NCBI GenBank assembly: GCA_047495785.1
Contig: JBLDXI010000025.1
Location: 2,170,001-2,234,000 of the forward strand
DNA length: 64,000 nucleotides
Origin: Lepidodermella squamata
Taxonomy: Eukaryota; Animalia; Gastrotricha
Direction: 5' to 3'
Part shown: positions 37,190 through 50,018 of the stretch, piece after piece
Layout: the number at the start of each line of letters is the position of its first letter
Position numbering within the stretch: position 1 is the stretch's first letter
Position numbers and translations under genes: made by a program
The notes under the pieces: model-generated
The model's input: only the letters and a program-made list of their open reading frames with translations
Database searches by the model: none
What the model was told of the DNA's origin: nothing

Positions 37190-38535
37190 CTATTCTTCGG
37201 GGTCATGACAAGTTGTTTTATCAAATCTGAACCAATAAATAATAGGCTTAGCTACAGCATTCAGGTGGAAACAGATCAAGGCAGCTGCCAACCATCGCTG
37301 AGAAATGATCATGTTCTTAGCATGATAATCGTCCTCAATCAAAAAGTAGATGACCAGCGGTAACCAGCAGGCTAAAATCGCGAGTAAAAGCAGAGAAACT
37401 GTCAATAACATGGCAGCTTTCGCTCGAGTGAACGTTGCTCGATACTCCTTGAGTGGAATGACCTGGCAATTTATGCGACCAATAGCGCCGACTAGCGGTT
37501 GCTCGTCATTGTTAACTGAAGACATCACCTGATTCTTCCGCCCTGATCCATTTTTCGAACCATTTCCTTCACAGCACAATGTAATTGAGTAGACAATAAT
37601 GAAGGCTGCGATTATAAGGAATACGGCCAAAGTCAAGGCGCAAATGATGTATTGAATGATTTGCGAGTAAGCAAGTCCCAAAAGGCCGAGAATGCCGGTA
37701 AAAACTGCTGCGCAAAGCCATAAGGCTGGGACAAAAATCTGCATGAATAACAGCGGACCAGGTCGACCATAATATTTGAAGCTATGGCCTCTATTGCTGA
37801 GGAAGAGGTCCAGAACCAAAAATCCCATCGTTATCGCAGAAACGATCCAACACGCCTATAAGGAAAACAAGGTCATTTCTAGAAAGATTCAAGGTAACTA
37901 ATACTTACCTGCCAAATCATGTTTCCGAGATATAGGACATACACTTTCGGCTGCCCTTCCAGCAAAAAGTCGGCTCCTCTCTTCACGAGGGTGAAGATAC
38001 TCAATAAAACGTCGCTAACGGCCAGACTAGCTATTAAAACATGTCTCGGCGACCTTCCTGCCCTGATCTGGCATAATTTTGCTAAAACCACGATGTTGAG
38101 TATGGTTGCAATAACGATCAAAGTTGCCGCGATTGGTAAGTAGTACATAATGAAGACATGCCATAGTTCCAGCTCGCTGTTAAGGCAGGTTATCGCCTCG
38201 TTGAGTTCGCATTTCCCATACTCGCGTAAGCAGTCCTCGTGGAGTCGAGATAAAAGGGACTTGGAACTAAAATTTGCTGAAGAACTGTTGATTATATCTG
38301 CTTCTAACGAATCGACTTGTTTCGATAGCGGGAATGGAAAGAGTGGCCAGGTCAGTCTGTCGTAGACTTTCTCCAAAGAACTGTTATACTGAGTTTGCAG
38401 GTCTTGAAATACGCCGATCTCTTCTTGGTCGTAAAAGTCTAATCTTGGAACTGACTGGCCAAGATCAGGAGCTGAGACCAAGCGGCAAGTATAATCTTCG
38501 GAGGAAGTAACTGCGTAGGCCACTGGATTGCTCAT
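37190..38535 (-). CDS. Divergent class A GPCR with ~125-aa N-terminus (one ~50-nt intron near 37856-37907)
   Basis: TM1 LNIVV, TM2 IASLAVSDVLL, TM3 LVLDLF (DRY site), TM6 CWLPL and TM7 NAVAKPIIYWFR. Confidence 0.85.
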
Positions 38536-40540
38536 TTTTCTTGAAAATTCTACGTTTGCACTGAAAATGAACGTTTTATTAGGGTGGATTACCTATCGAT
38601 AGGATGATGTAAAAATAATTGAAAAATAAGCGCCGCGCTGATGCGACATTAATATGATAAGCTGCTGGTTTCATCGCGTGTGAAATACTTGTCGCATCGG
38701 CCACTTATAACTTGGCACGCGCTCGTCAAATTTCATTATCAGCGACACGCACACAAGCAACGATTTGTCAAGTCTGGTTTTCAATACCTGTGCATATGTG
38801 TAATAATCCGACTCGGCCGTAGCTTTTTTGTCGTAGCCTTTGAAGACAGCGTAAAAACATCGCGTGCGACTTGACATAATCGCACGGCCTACTGCGTAGT
38901 AGTAGTTGTAGTAGTTGTAGTAGGTGAGATGATGATGATGATGCCAAGATACGCTTTGCTATACACACCGGTCGGATGTTATTTACTTGTCAAATCATGT
39001 GTGTGTTTGTGTATGCGGTGAATAATATGTAATATACTATGTCATTAACACCACTTGGCATGTCACGATTGCAACCGACCGGTCGTACAAGTGCGAGGTA
39101 TCCATGACAAAAAATCACGTCGAGTAAACAAAACATTGGCACGCTGCACTTGCCACTCTCGGCGGCGCGCGCGCTTTGTTCAAGAAGTGAAGTGCGCCCA
39201 GTTGTTTGCGAGCTTTTATATTGCGTTTCGTTTCTTTTCTGCGCGAACGAGCAAGCAACGCGCTGTAAGCTCTGCGTTTTCAATAGGCATATAATCTACA
39301 CTGTTCAATATTTCAAGAGCGGTACTTACGTCTTGAAGACAAAGCTATCTGCCGAGGTCTTTATACATATAGAGATTGAATAAGAGATGGCCTCGGCTCT
39401 TTCGATTCTCGAAATTGCGAAAGGGACATTGACAGAGTATCTGAATGATAGCGTTGATAATTTATTTTGACCCCTCATTTATTCCAAAATTTCAAATTTT
39501 ATTTTATCAGGAATAAAGAATGAATTAGCTGGTAAAGTTTATTCATGAACTTGTTCATGTTTGGAAATGAATCCTCTGGCTTTCCGCTGAAATTGCTTTT
39601 CGTCTAATTGAAGTTGGCTGTATTCCTAGAAGGCTGAAACGCGGTAATCATTTGGGTGCAGCCCGCAGCCCCTATTTGCCAGCTTTTTCATTTCCCTCAA
39701 TAATGTAATAAAAAATGAGCAATCCAAGTGTCATAACAATTCGCATACTTAATGTTCTAAATTCTGAGGATGTAGAGGTTTCTTGGCAGAGTACCTCTTG
39801 CTGTTGAGAGCGATCAAGGCTTGAGTTTGCAAGCTGCGCTTTAGCAATTCGAATTTGATTTCGGCAAAATACCATGAGCTTCAGATGGAATCGGAAAAAC
39901 AGATCGGAAAACTGTTCAAAAGTTTCTGAAATCAGCTTTCATTCTTCAGTCTCGTTCCGGCGCAACCTTTTATGGCTTCCGTCCTGCAAATGTTGCGTAC
40001 ATCGCTAGGACTTTCTGAATATATCAGAAAATGGCTCACAAAGAAGTCTAGATGATAATTTATGCCTGTGAGCCAGAAAACCCGCTGTGAGTCAGGTTTC
40101 GGAAAAACTTGAATTCCTTTTTACTTTTGCCGCTTGCTTTTGATTGCAATATACTGTCTCTTCAAGAGTAACGCCAACTTTGACCTACTTATTCTGCGGA
40201 TAATACCAGGTTCGTTTTTCAACCAGTCTCAGATCCTTTCACTCATAATATTTTGATCAGCCCATTGGATTTTTTCAGTTCAGATACAGCAGTAGTGGGC
40301 GTTATCTGCGTAATAGGCTAATAAGCCCTTCATTACGCGATAATCGATTGTGATTACACTGCTCTGGTGCGGTATAGATGAGAGCGTCAATATCATTTTC
40401 CCCGTGTATAAGCGGCGAGCGTAGGAGCTATCAATTTTCGAGTGCATAACCTCCCTCGAAATAGCACGTAGATGGCTATAGGATGCACATCATTTCACCG
40501 CCTCTCGGCAAGAGACATTACTCGTTTTGATGATATGTGA

Positions 40541-40879
40541 ATGGAGCTCGCAGTGATCCTTATCTTCTGCTTAATCGCTTTGTCCCAAGGATTTGCTGCT
40601 ACAGCTGAGTCCCAATTCCTTAATTCGGGTTTGTTTCCTGCTTCTTAGATCAAATGTCTCTATTTTTTCATTCACTTTCCAGATTCCAATCCACTTGCCC
40701 GAAAGTATGGCTTCATCAGTGATCCTAAAACCGATACGAAAGTTCTCGACTGGCTCAAGTACCAAAAAAGCTTTCTGGAGTGTCTGAATCAAGCCAAAAA
40801 TACGGAAGCCTGCAGGGACAAAATAACCTTCCAAATGTGGGCGAGAATCATGACTCGTAGAGTTAAAGCCAGTGGTTGA
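40541..40879 (+). CDS. Small secreted protein SSP-5 (intron 40629-40682; not in ORF track)
   Basis: MELAVILIFCLIALSQGFAATAESQFLNS|DSNPLARKYG..WLKYQKSFLECLNQAKNTEACRDKITFQMWARIMTRRVKASG*. Confidence 0.85.
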
Positions 40880-40981
40880 GAATTTTTTTCCATTAAAGGA
40901 TTAACAAAGCTTTTTTGTCACATCTGTGGTCATTGTTTATTTTAGTATCTTTTAGCGTATAAAAAAGTTAAAGAAAGAAGA

Positions 40982-43900
40982 TTAGCTGCCGGCATGTATA
41001 GGCCGTAATACTGACCGGCCTATTACAGATAGCTGCGTGAAATTAGCCGCGTAGTAATTCTCCACCGAACTAACAGAGACAGGCCGGCTTCGCCAGTACT
41101 CCCATTTCGTGGCACGGTCGACATCTAAACTTGATAATGCAGCGTATATTGATATGGCTAGAACTGCAGATATAGATGCGAATATGAGGTATATCCCAGC
41201 GAAAAACCAAAAGGCATTCTGGATGAAAGAGATAAAGTCAGCATTCATTCGAAAAATATGCAAAATCTCTTACCATGGATCCTATGAGTTCAACGCAGGC
41301 ATATTCACGAACTACACTGTCATACAACTCGTAGGCAGATCTTAGCTTTCCAACGTCCAACGTTATCCCATCCGCTATCTGATCGATCAGCATTGAGACA
41401 AAGTGAGAAATTTGCCGCTTGAGAAGATTCAAAACCGCTTGAACGTAATTCTCGAAATGTCGAATTTGCCTAATCAAGAGGTTTCGCTGCGTTACGGCCT
41501 CTGATGCCGCATATTCAGCTTCCTTCCAAAATTTCATCGCGTTTTTCAGCCCGTCAAAGTATCCCATCAAATAGCCTCGGAACCACTCTGCCATAGCCCG
41601 TTTCGGGGCTAATGAGTCAGTTACGCCAGGTTTAGCTCTCAACATGCAGGTTGAACAATTTTTGAGGGCAGAACCGTAGTCGAGAGTTTTGTTGAGATCT
41701 ACTTCCTTGACCATCTGCCCGAAAATCTTGTTGCCATTATTGACAGCTTGCGTCATATTAGCCATGTAATTCGAGATTTTGTTATCGTAAATCACGACAC
41801 TTGCAGTCAAATTGAAGTAGGTCAAATTTTTCATCTCCGCGACAAATTTCGTGTCATTAAGTAACAGGAATTGGTTGATTGTCTGCCCATTCTTGGCGGC
41901 CGTGAGGAATTTCCCCAAAGTTAGACGGTTATCCAACAAATCCGTGTCAATTGAGTCGACAAGTTTGACCACGCATTCTGGTAGTAGGTGACGTATTACA
42001 TTGTCGTAACTGCCATTTTCTCGCCTGTTTATCATGTCATCAAGCACGGCATTGTCAGTGGATCTTACAGCTGAGCACACTGTCTTTTCAATGAAGCCTC
42101 CAGCGTAGAAGTGGGCGGCGGCATTCACGCAAATTAATGGCCCTCCTACGGCGACGAAAATTACTCCACCCCTGGAAAAATAATTAAGACGGTTTTTTAT
42201 ATACTAAATTAAAAGGGCAGAGTTCAACTCACGCCAACACGAAAGCCCGGCCAAGTTTTGCGAAACGTGGCTTGACACGTGGACGCAGCTTGACTAACAC
42301 GTCATCTCTCCGAAAGTACTCGAAAATGATGAAACTCGAGCCAATTAGGACCAAAATCAATTGAATCGAAGCGATTATCAGCATGACCCAGGTCAAAGCA
42401 TTCCTTGCGGTGAAGTAAGGTCTAAGGGACTCGATAAAATCAGCTATACTATCCGATGATTTGGTGGCAACCACTTGATCAACCGTCGAAGTTTCCCCGG
42501 TCCAAATATTGGCGATTTCATCGTTAGAAACAACCAAAGCAGCAGAATTTGGCTTTAAGTCACTGCTTCTTTTTGACCTGAATCGTCTGTTCGATGGGCT
42601 CAACGTTGTTGTAGCTTCGCTATTGGGACATTGACCATTCGTAACCAATGAATGGAGGTTTTTGTTGTACCAATTGGTGTAATAGCTGAACCATGATTCA
42701 AAATCTTTTCTTAGTTGAGCCTCCAGACCGCCGAATTGATTCACAACATTGTCTTTAGTCAGTAAAGTCTTCATCCTCGATCGAAGTCCGCTTGTCTGGT
42801 TTAGTAGCAAAGATATCGAGACATTCAACTCCTTCTGCTGGACATAATGGGACATTAAAGCTGGATTCAGCCCTTCAGGTAGATCTGGCCACAAGCAGTC
42901 CATGCAGGTTTCAGACTCGGAACAGGTTGAGTCATTCAGGGAAAAGCAAAGCTGGGCTACAACATCTCTAGCATCTTTGTTGCTTTGAAAGTCCAAAAAC
43001 TGCCTCTCAGCTTTGTTTAGGCGTTGAGTGGCAATTGAAGCTTCCCGGTAACTCGCAAGTAACGGGTTGATTGTTGATTCCTCCCATAGTATTCCAGTTA
43101 GGAACATATAAGTGGCGCCGGACTTATCAAGCAGCGTGAGTGCTTGATCAGGGTCGGCAACAGCTTTGCCCAATGATTCTACCATTCTCGTGGCGAAGGT
43201 CATTTTCTTCTCAACGTCATTTATCAGCATTTTCCCGACCGAGTCGAATGAGTCCAAAAAGTAGTCGACTATTGAGTTCAAGTCAGAAGTCGTGTCTTTC
43301 GCGATTGACGGCGCCCTCATTAATGAGTTAGAAAATGAGTTGTTGAAGTAGAATGACGCAACGAGGCCAAAAAGTGCCAGCAAAGTCTGTAAGACAATTA
43401 AATTATTCTGGTCATATTTCCGAGAAAAAACTCACAGTTGAGATCGTTATGATGGTCATAATAATAACGGCGACAGGATAGCGAGACCTTGTTCGATGAC
43501 TTTTCCTATCAATTTTTGTTATTCCAGGCCAGTCGATTTCTTCCTTAATGTAAAATTGCTTTTGAAATGCGGGATTCTTTCGGTACCGCCGTTTCGTTGT
43601 TTTGAAAACAAGATACGAAATTGCGGGGACAAAAATGAATGAAAGCAGGAGTCCAACAATCGCAGCAGCAAGGAGAAACTTGTATTCTAGAATGCTCCTT
43701 CCGATGTTACTAGAAGCGTCATCTTTCTGTCCAATGGCTTCCAAGATCATCTCCCGAAGAAAACCTCGATTGATATAAAGGCTGAGATGAATAGATGGAA
43801 CTTATTAAAATGCTTACTTTTAGCCTTTGAAGTTGTTTCCAGTTTGTCGATGATTTTTCCGGTAAATGAGTACAGATTCGGCCAAGATTCCTGAGATTCA

Positions 43901-44067
43901 TACGAGGCAAGTCGCCCGGCATGAACTGCGCTGACTTGGAATCTATAAGCCGGAAGTGAAATGCTCCAATTTTTGTAGAGCCGGTCGCCGTAATCATCCG
44001 TAAACTCCGGAGCCGGGAAGACATCACCAAGAGATTTTGGGAGCGATGTCAAATCTTGGGAAGCCAT
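40982..44067 (-). CDS. prom: Prominin-like 5-TM glycoprotein, multi-exon (true start may be upstream)
   Basis: Five TM segments with two large extracellular loops. Motifs GGFIEKTVC (cf. prominin GG..EK.VC), FYFNNSFSNSL..DL..IV and YACVELIGSM|NAFWF (cf. C..I..P.N.FW). Confidence 0.75.
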
Positions 44068-44690
44068 TTTCTGTCACCTGAGGTGTCTGCCCGAGTTTTC
44101 AGCAACAATACAAGCTGCCCTGCTCTGAACGGTTGCGGATTACGATAATCACCGGCCGCCGCGCTGTTGTAGCAAAGTTTTAAGCGGGTGTTAACGTTCA
44201 CGTGAAATCGGTGTTAAGGAAATTAAATCCCTGATATGATTATATGCATTATAGCCGGGGGAGAAAAACGCGCGCGGCATGCCAGCCCGCAGCTTAATTG
44301 TCATGTTTTTTCACTCACTCCTATTCAAATTTTTATTATAACACAGCCCCCGCTACACAAGGCTACGCGCGCGTGTAATCATCGACCCTTGGTATATATC
44401 AAGTAGTGAGATAACCGTCGCCTCTTAACAATTTTGCTACGTTGACGGCATTTTGTATAAAAAATTTACTCATTTATATTAATTACGTGGTAGGTATGCT
44501 TCTATGTGGATAGCCTGATGCAATAACCACCAGGGTGGCCACTGCAGACCGCCTCATTAGATGGAATTATGTCGGACAAGCCGCCAGGCTTAACACGCAA
44601 AAACGCGGAAAAATCTCGAAAGTCAAGATTTATTAGATTTATTGACATAATCGCAGTCTAAAAATAAGAATAAATGCCATTAAGCATTGA

Positions 44691-47011
44691 CTACCAGATG
44701 AAGCATTTTTTTGCTGAATTCATCCTGGATTTAGCGCTGCAGTTATACGCCGTGGAAAATTCCTCGAAATTAGACAACGGGCCATTGACTCGAAAGTTAA
44801 CAGGCGAGTGAGGCCTGGCTAAAATTTGAAATTTCAAAGATTCGGGTGTATAAAGCGTGCACCAAGATTGCGCCCAGCCGATGAAGAATAATTGATCGGA
44901 CGACAAATTGACAGCTGGTAGCCGGACTTCATATGAATCGTTAGCTCTTCTATAAGCTTCAAATGCGGCTTTTATCGCTCCATTGTCGGCTATGTTCTCG
45001 GGAAGTGTCTGATCTGACTTGAGTTTAAGGCCGTTGATTTCATAGACTGCATATTTGTCTACAAGGCATTTTGTTCGATTTGCGAATTCTTCGTTCGACG
45101 AGTTGCTCCACCAATCTGCTAAATTTCCGTACTTATCAAACTGAAAATTATCTTATGAATTATCTTTTGAAAGCCAAGGCGAAAGTGGCTTACCTGTCGA
45201 CCCATATTATCAAAACCATGGGTGATCTGAAATTCAAATTGTTAGTTATGAGGCTTGCCTTTATAGAGTATAGACTCACTTCGTGCCCTGCTATCCCTCC
45301 GACCGCTCCGTAGTTCAAGGCAACTGGGATCCCATGAGCGTTTCTGAAAAACGGAGGACCTAAAATTCCAGCTGGGATGACGATTTTGTTCTCGTTAGGG
45401 CTGTAGTAAGCATTGACAGCTGCGGGGGAGATTTCCCATTCATCTCGGTTTACTGGCTCCCCCAGTTTCTGTTTATAAGGAAGTTGTTAAACAGTAACGG
45501 AAGTATCAATAATGGCTAACCTCAAACATTGTCTTCCTATTGAACCGATAGATGTCAATTTGATTATCGCAGAAGTCATCAGTTAGATTCAGATCGCGAT
45601 ATTTTTCTTCTAGAATTGTCGTATTCAGGAGCCAGTCCGGATACCCAACATTCAGGATCAATGTTTCCATTTTCTCAAGGGCAGCTTTTCGTGTTCTACC
45701 GTCCATCCACGGCGCCTCTTCGATTCGACGGCCAAACTCCGTAATCGTAGCTTTGATGACTTTCAGAGCTGCTTTTTTGTCAGACTCCTTGAAAAAATGG
45801 CTGGCGTAGAACTCCCCGAGATGTATCCCTAACGCGTCTTCAACGTTAGTCAAGCATATCTGCCATCGTTCTTGCGATCCTGATGCGCCATCAAACACTT
45901 TCCGGAAGGCTTCATCAGCTTCTTGCATCGGGCCTCCAATATAGGGCGCATACTTGCCTATAGCAGAGAAGATCAAATAGTTTTGAATTGTTCGCCGACC
46001 AGACTCTTTTATCAGGTAACGGTTCAACAAGCTTGACATTCTTTTGAAGTAAGATTTCCCGTAAATCACAATGGGCGTCCTAGATTTGACGCCAAACCGA
46101 GCCGGTTTCAAAATATCACTGAAATATGTAGTCCAATTGAGAAAATTAGCGTTGGCGTGGAGCCAAGAAATGCTATGCTTGTTATACAGAGCCGCTTGAT
46201 CTTGAAAATCCGCTTGTGACATCTGAATCTCGGCTAATCTCTTCTCAAAAGCGATGACGTCGTAAATAAGATGGCGATTGATGGCCTCTTTCGCCACGCC
46301 CTGAATCACAGTCGCGTATTTTTGAAGCAAATCGGCGTAGCCCTGCAAAACTTGGTCGTTGTTGATGTTTTTCCCGATGTAGTAATCACGGCTATAGCGA
46401 CCTAAGCCCAGTCCGCTCTGGCTTAATTGGAGAACATTAATTGTCACATTTCGATCATCTGGCCCGACGTGAGTCGAAAACAATCCGTTATCCGTGAAAA
46501 AGCTTAAAGTTGATAGCTTGTCATTGAGTGACCATGTTGAGATGTTCGGAAATTCGGATGAATTCAGCATTAATCCACCGAATTTCTGCGAAATGCGCCT
46601 CATTGTTCCGACACTTGTGTTTGCCAGGGACTCAGTGTCCATGCACGACTTGTAGTACCTTCGAAGCTGTTTTCTAGAATTTGTCTCATTTACCGATCCA
46701 TGACGTTCCAGGAGACTTCTGATTTGACGCCTGATAATGTTTTCGACTATGGTGAATTGTTGAAGCTTATTCTCGCCGTTAGGGATGTTTTGCCTCAGCT
46801 GAAAGCCGCCGCAAGCGAATTGATAAAAATCTTCGCAGGGGTCGACTGATTGATCGATAGCGCTAAGGATGTCTCCAGCAGTTATGACACACTCAGGCGT
46901 GAGGCAGGTGTCACAGTTTTGTTGAAAACACGAAATTCTAGGCCAGACGTAAGCAAAAGCTAAGAAATTCAGGAGAAGAAACTTGGCCATGAAGAAATTG
47001 TTTATTTTCAT
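44691..47011 (-). CDS. Neprilysin / M13 metallopeptidase NEP-D, secreted form (3 short introns; start at 47011 or 46990)
   Basis: Signal peptide; CLTPEC, DPCEDFYQFACGG, VNAYY, GHE|ITHGFD, PENIADNGA, PHSPVNFRV and CFIW*. Confidence 0.92.
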
Positions 47012-47111
47012 TTCAAAATATCGTGTGTCAAAGATCCATCATAAAAAGTATATAGCAATAATCATGAGTAAATCAATATGAGCGATGACGAGGGGCTAAT
47101 TCAATAACGCA

Positions 47112-47544
47112 TCAATTCCCGTTCATTATGTCCTGAGCGGCTAGCTGGGCCCAGACGTAGAAGCCGACTTTTTGCTCGCACAGTACTTCATATTTCAGTT
47201 TGGCCACGCATTTTTTCAGGCGCCGTTGGTATGATGTCATCCTAATATGGTTCAGCGTTGCCATCAGGTCTTTGACATCGCCAGCTTCAATGTATTTATT
47301 AACAGTATCAACTGAGGCGAAAGTAAACATTATTAGCTACAAAAACTCATTTGGTCTTGAACTTACCAAGTTTGTTCATTCTAACTTGAGGCGATACTTC
47401 CGTAAGTGGATTTACTGTAGTTGCTGCTCCGATATCCCGCAACGCTCCACTTTTGCTTTGAATGGCGTGGCGCTTCTGCTTTGGCCAAGCGGCAGTGATT
47501 ACGCAAAGTTTAAAGGCAATAAAGCAGATTGTTATTACATTCAT
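47112..47544 (-). CDS. Small secreted protein SSP-6 (intron 47312-47366)
   Basis: MNVITICFIAFKLCVITAAWP..KL|VDTVNKYIE..YQRRLKKCVAKLKYEVLCEQKVGFYVWAQLAAQDIMNGN*. Confidence 0.85.
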
Positions 47545-47979
47545 TTTTTTAACGAATGCACAAAAGTGTCGGCGAAAATACGAACTGTGCCGTCAAGTGA
47601 CAACCAGGGTGTCCTAGTTGAAAATGCGACCTGTTAAACAGATTAACAAGTCCTAGTCATGGCCAACTCACGGGCTTGGAACCGCGCCTGAGTGGGTGTC
47701 CTTCTGTGATTCAACTCGGAAATGAAATGCGTGTATCGAATTTCCGAATTTCCGAGAAGTGAGCTGCAAATCTAATGTATAATTTGTCCATCATGTTCGT
47801 AGCATTGATACACAATAAAATTCGTGACTGATTAGCTAAGCGCAAGCACGTATGCTTTATTTTGGCAAGCCATTTATTGAATTGTGCCAGTTATTGACTG
47901 GCAATAAGAAATTAAATTAAAAAACCGTAATTAAAAAATATTTGGGACTTTTGTTCCTCTGATTGGTCAGCCTGTCATA

Positions 47980-48504
47980 TCAATTTCTCTTCAATTCTTT
48001 CGCTATCAGTTGAGCGCAGATGTAGTAGCTAGAGGCATAGTCGCATTTCATATCATCTCGTAGCGTAGCTACGCATTTCTGAACACGGCCGCGATTGCTT
48101 GGAGCAACCGATTGCTGCATGAGCGCAGCCGCTTTCTCCGGCTTGACGTAGTATCCAGCGCACTTGCCTGCTTGAAACATCAAATTTAAATTTAAGACAG
48201 CTCATCACATTATCAACTCACCAAGTGCTTTTGTTGGTTCGGCCTTGACCTGAATAGCTTTCTCGAGGGCAGATTTCACAGTGTCTTTCAGCTGCTGCGA
48301 TAGCCTCAGTTGGGAAGATATTCCACGAAGGTTGCTCCTTTCAGGGGGCTTTTCCGTTGTTTGCAGCTTGCTGTCCTTCGTATCGGTCCGAAGCTTCCAG
48401 CTTGGCCTGTTAGCTCCGAGGAAGGATTTCGACTCTCCTAGGAGCATCGCCAGTACAAGAAGGAAGCTAATCATTTGAAAACTCATTGCATGACAAAATT
48501 GCAT
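47980..48504 (-). CDS. Small secreted protein SSP-7 (one ~50-nt intron; four Cys in the mature part; start ATG uncertain)
   Basis: MISFLLVLAMLLGESKS..KAL|(A)GKCAGYY..RGRVQKCVATLRDDMKCDYASSYYICAQLIAKELKRN*. Confidence 0.8.
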
Positions 48505-50018
48505 GTTGTGTTGATTAAACCAGCTTGTTTAGGGGTCTGATTTTTCGAGAGGGCGCGAAAACCCTATTACATGCGATGGCGGATATAACATGTGATTAGG
48601 TAGGTAGCATTTGTAAGACGAGCCGTATAATTTGTCTACCCACTCACTATTTTTCCCTTACGCACGTATCGAGAGGCGACATCATCGAAATCTGATTGAA
48701 ATGCTCTAATTAGGCGTAAAGAATTGATTTATTATCTTCACAGTTGGTTGCACGTCATAACAAAGAGTGAATGAAGGATAGGATTACAGTGTCAGCGGTG
48801 TCATCGAGTTCAGTGGCACTTAGCGGAATTGGATGATGTCCCGAGCAACCAGTTGTTGAACTCTCGCGTAGGAAAACTTAACTTACCCGACATTTCCAAT
48901 TCGAGGACAAAAAATAAGAGACGTTGCAAGCCCGATCCCTATTCTCAGGTGTTTGAAAAGGCAACAGCTGGCGTGTACTCCCAATTTTCATATGACTGAG
49001 AAGATGTAGAGTTAGGGCCGAAATCGCTTGCCACGTCTCATATATCCACACAGTCATGAGTATGAATATGAGCCAAAGCGACGAAAGTCGGACGGCTGCT
49101 AATTATTAATCTTTTATATTGAACGAATTTAAGGATATTGATAATAAAACCTACATTTACCATATATCCACACAGTCAGTGCGCGAAGTAGGATTCTCGA
49201 ACGGGCCACCAAATTAATGACCAAATGGTCTCCCCTTTGATTTTTTTGGCTTTTTCACCTGACTTTTGAATCTGAAAAGGAGATACAATATTCTCCATTT
49301 CCCGGGTACTCCGCGCACTGCACACCCTTTATTTGCTCAACTATTGCTTCGGAAATTAGAATTAGATGACTTTGAGCTTGGATCGTTTTCGAACTCAACC
49401 TTGTGCTCCAGCTTCAAGCATCGAAATGGAGACATCTTGCTGAGGGATATGCTGATAAGTGGAATCTCCATATTTGCATCATCGTTTACGCGAAAAATTG
49501 AAGAAGAATCGTTGACGCAAGTTGATACTTTATGATTTCTGATTATGATTATGATTATGATGTTTTATGAGCCATTAATTAAATTGAATATTTATCAGTC
49601 ATTAAAGGTGAATAAACATGAGATTAAGCCGGATTATTGCCCATAAACTGTCTGTGTGTTCTATGAACCTGGATGTTGTGAACAAGTTCGACGATTAAAA
49701 ATTCATAAGCTATAATGAATCAGATGAAAACCTTGCTCTCTACCCGGTGTTGACGACTGACGACAGAGCTTTTAGTAGACATGGGCACGAGGAAACCTGT
49801 GAAGCGCGGACTCAGGACTGTTTAATCTGAGAATTCTTAACACAAACGTCCACTACATTCCTATATGTGCAGTTGAAATTACTTAGAAAATTGCGTCTTT
49901 CTTCTGTTCTAGAATTCCAAGTTATTCTAATCCATCGGCGATAAGTCAACTCACGAATAAAAAGGGTAATGATTAAGGGTTGTAATATGTTATCATTTCG
50001 ATAGCATTTGGAAAAGCC

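Noticed and set aside
39672-39875. 67-aa ORF with a hydrophobic C-terminal stretch
   Set aside because: I could not build a consistent spliced model, and there is no homology within the window.
48820-48880. Minus-strand FSYARVQQLVARDIIQFR*, resembling an SSP C-terminus (possible 14th, decayed copy)
   Set aside because: It is preceded by an in-frame stop, the Cys pair is not in frame or correctly spaced, and the Trp is missing. The match is too short to exclude chance.
49049-49178. 18-bp direct repeat catatatccacacagtca, and a minus-strand frame reading GYMRRGKR like an amidated neuropeptide
   Set aside because: The GKR frame is bounded by stops with no signal peptide, and two copies of a short repeat do not make an array.
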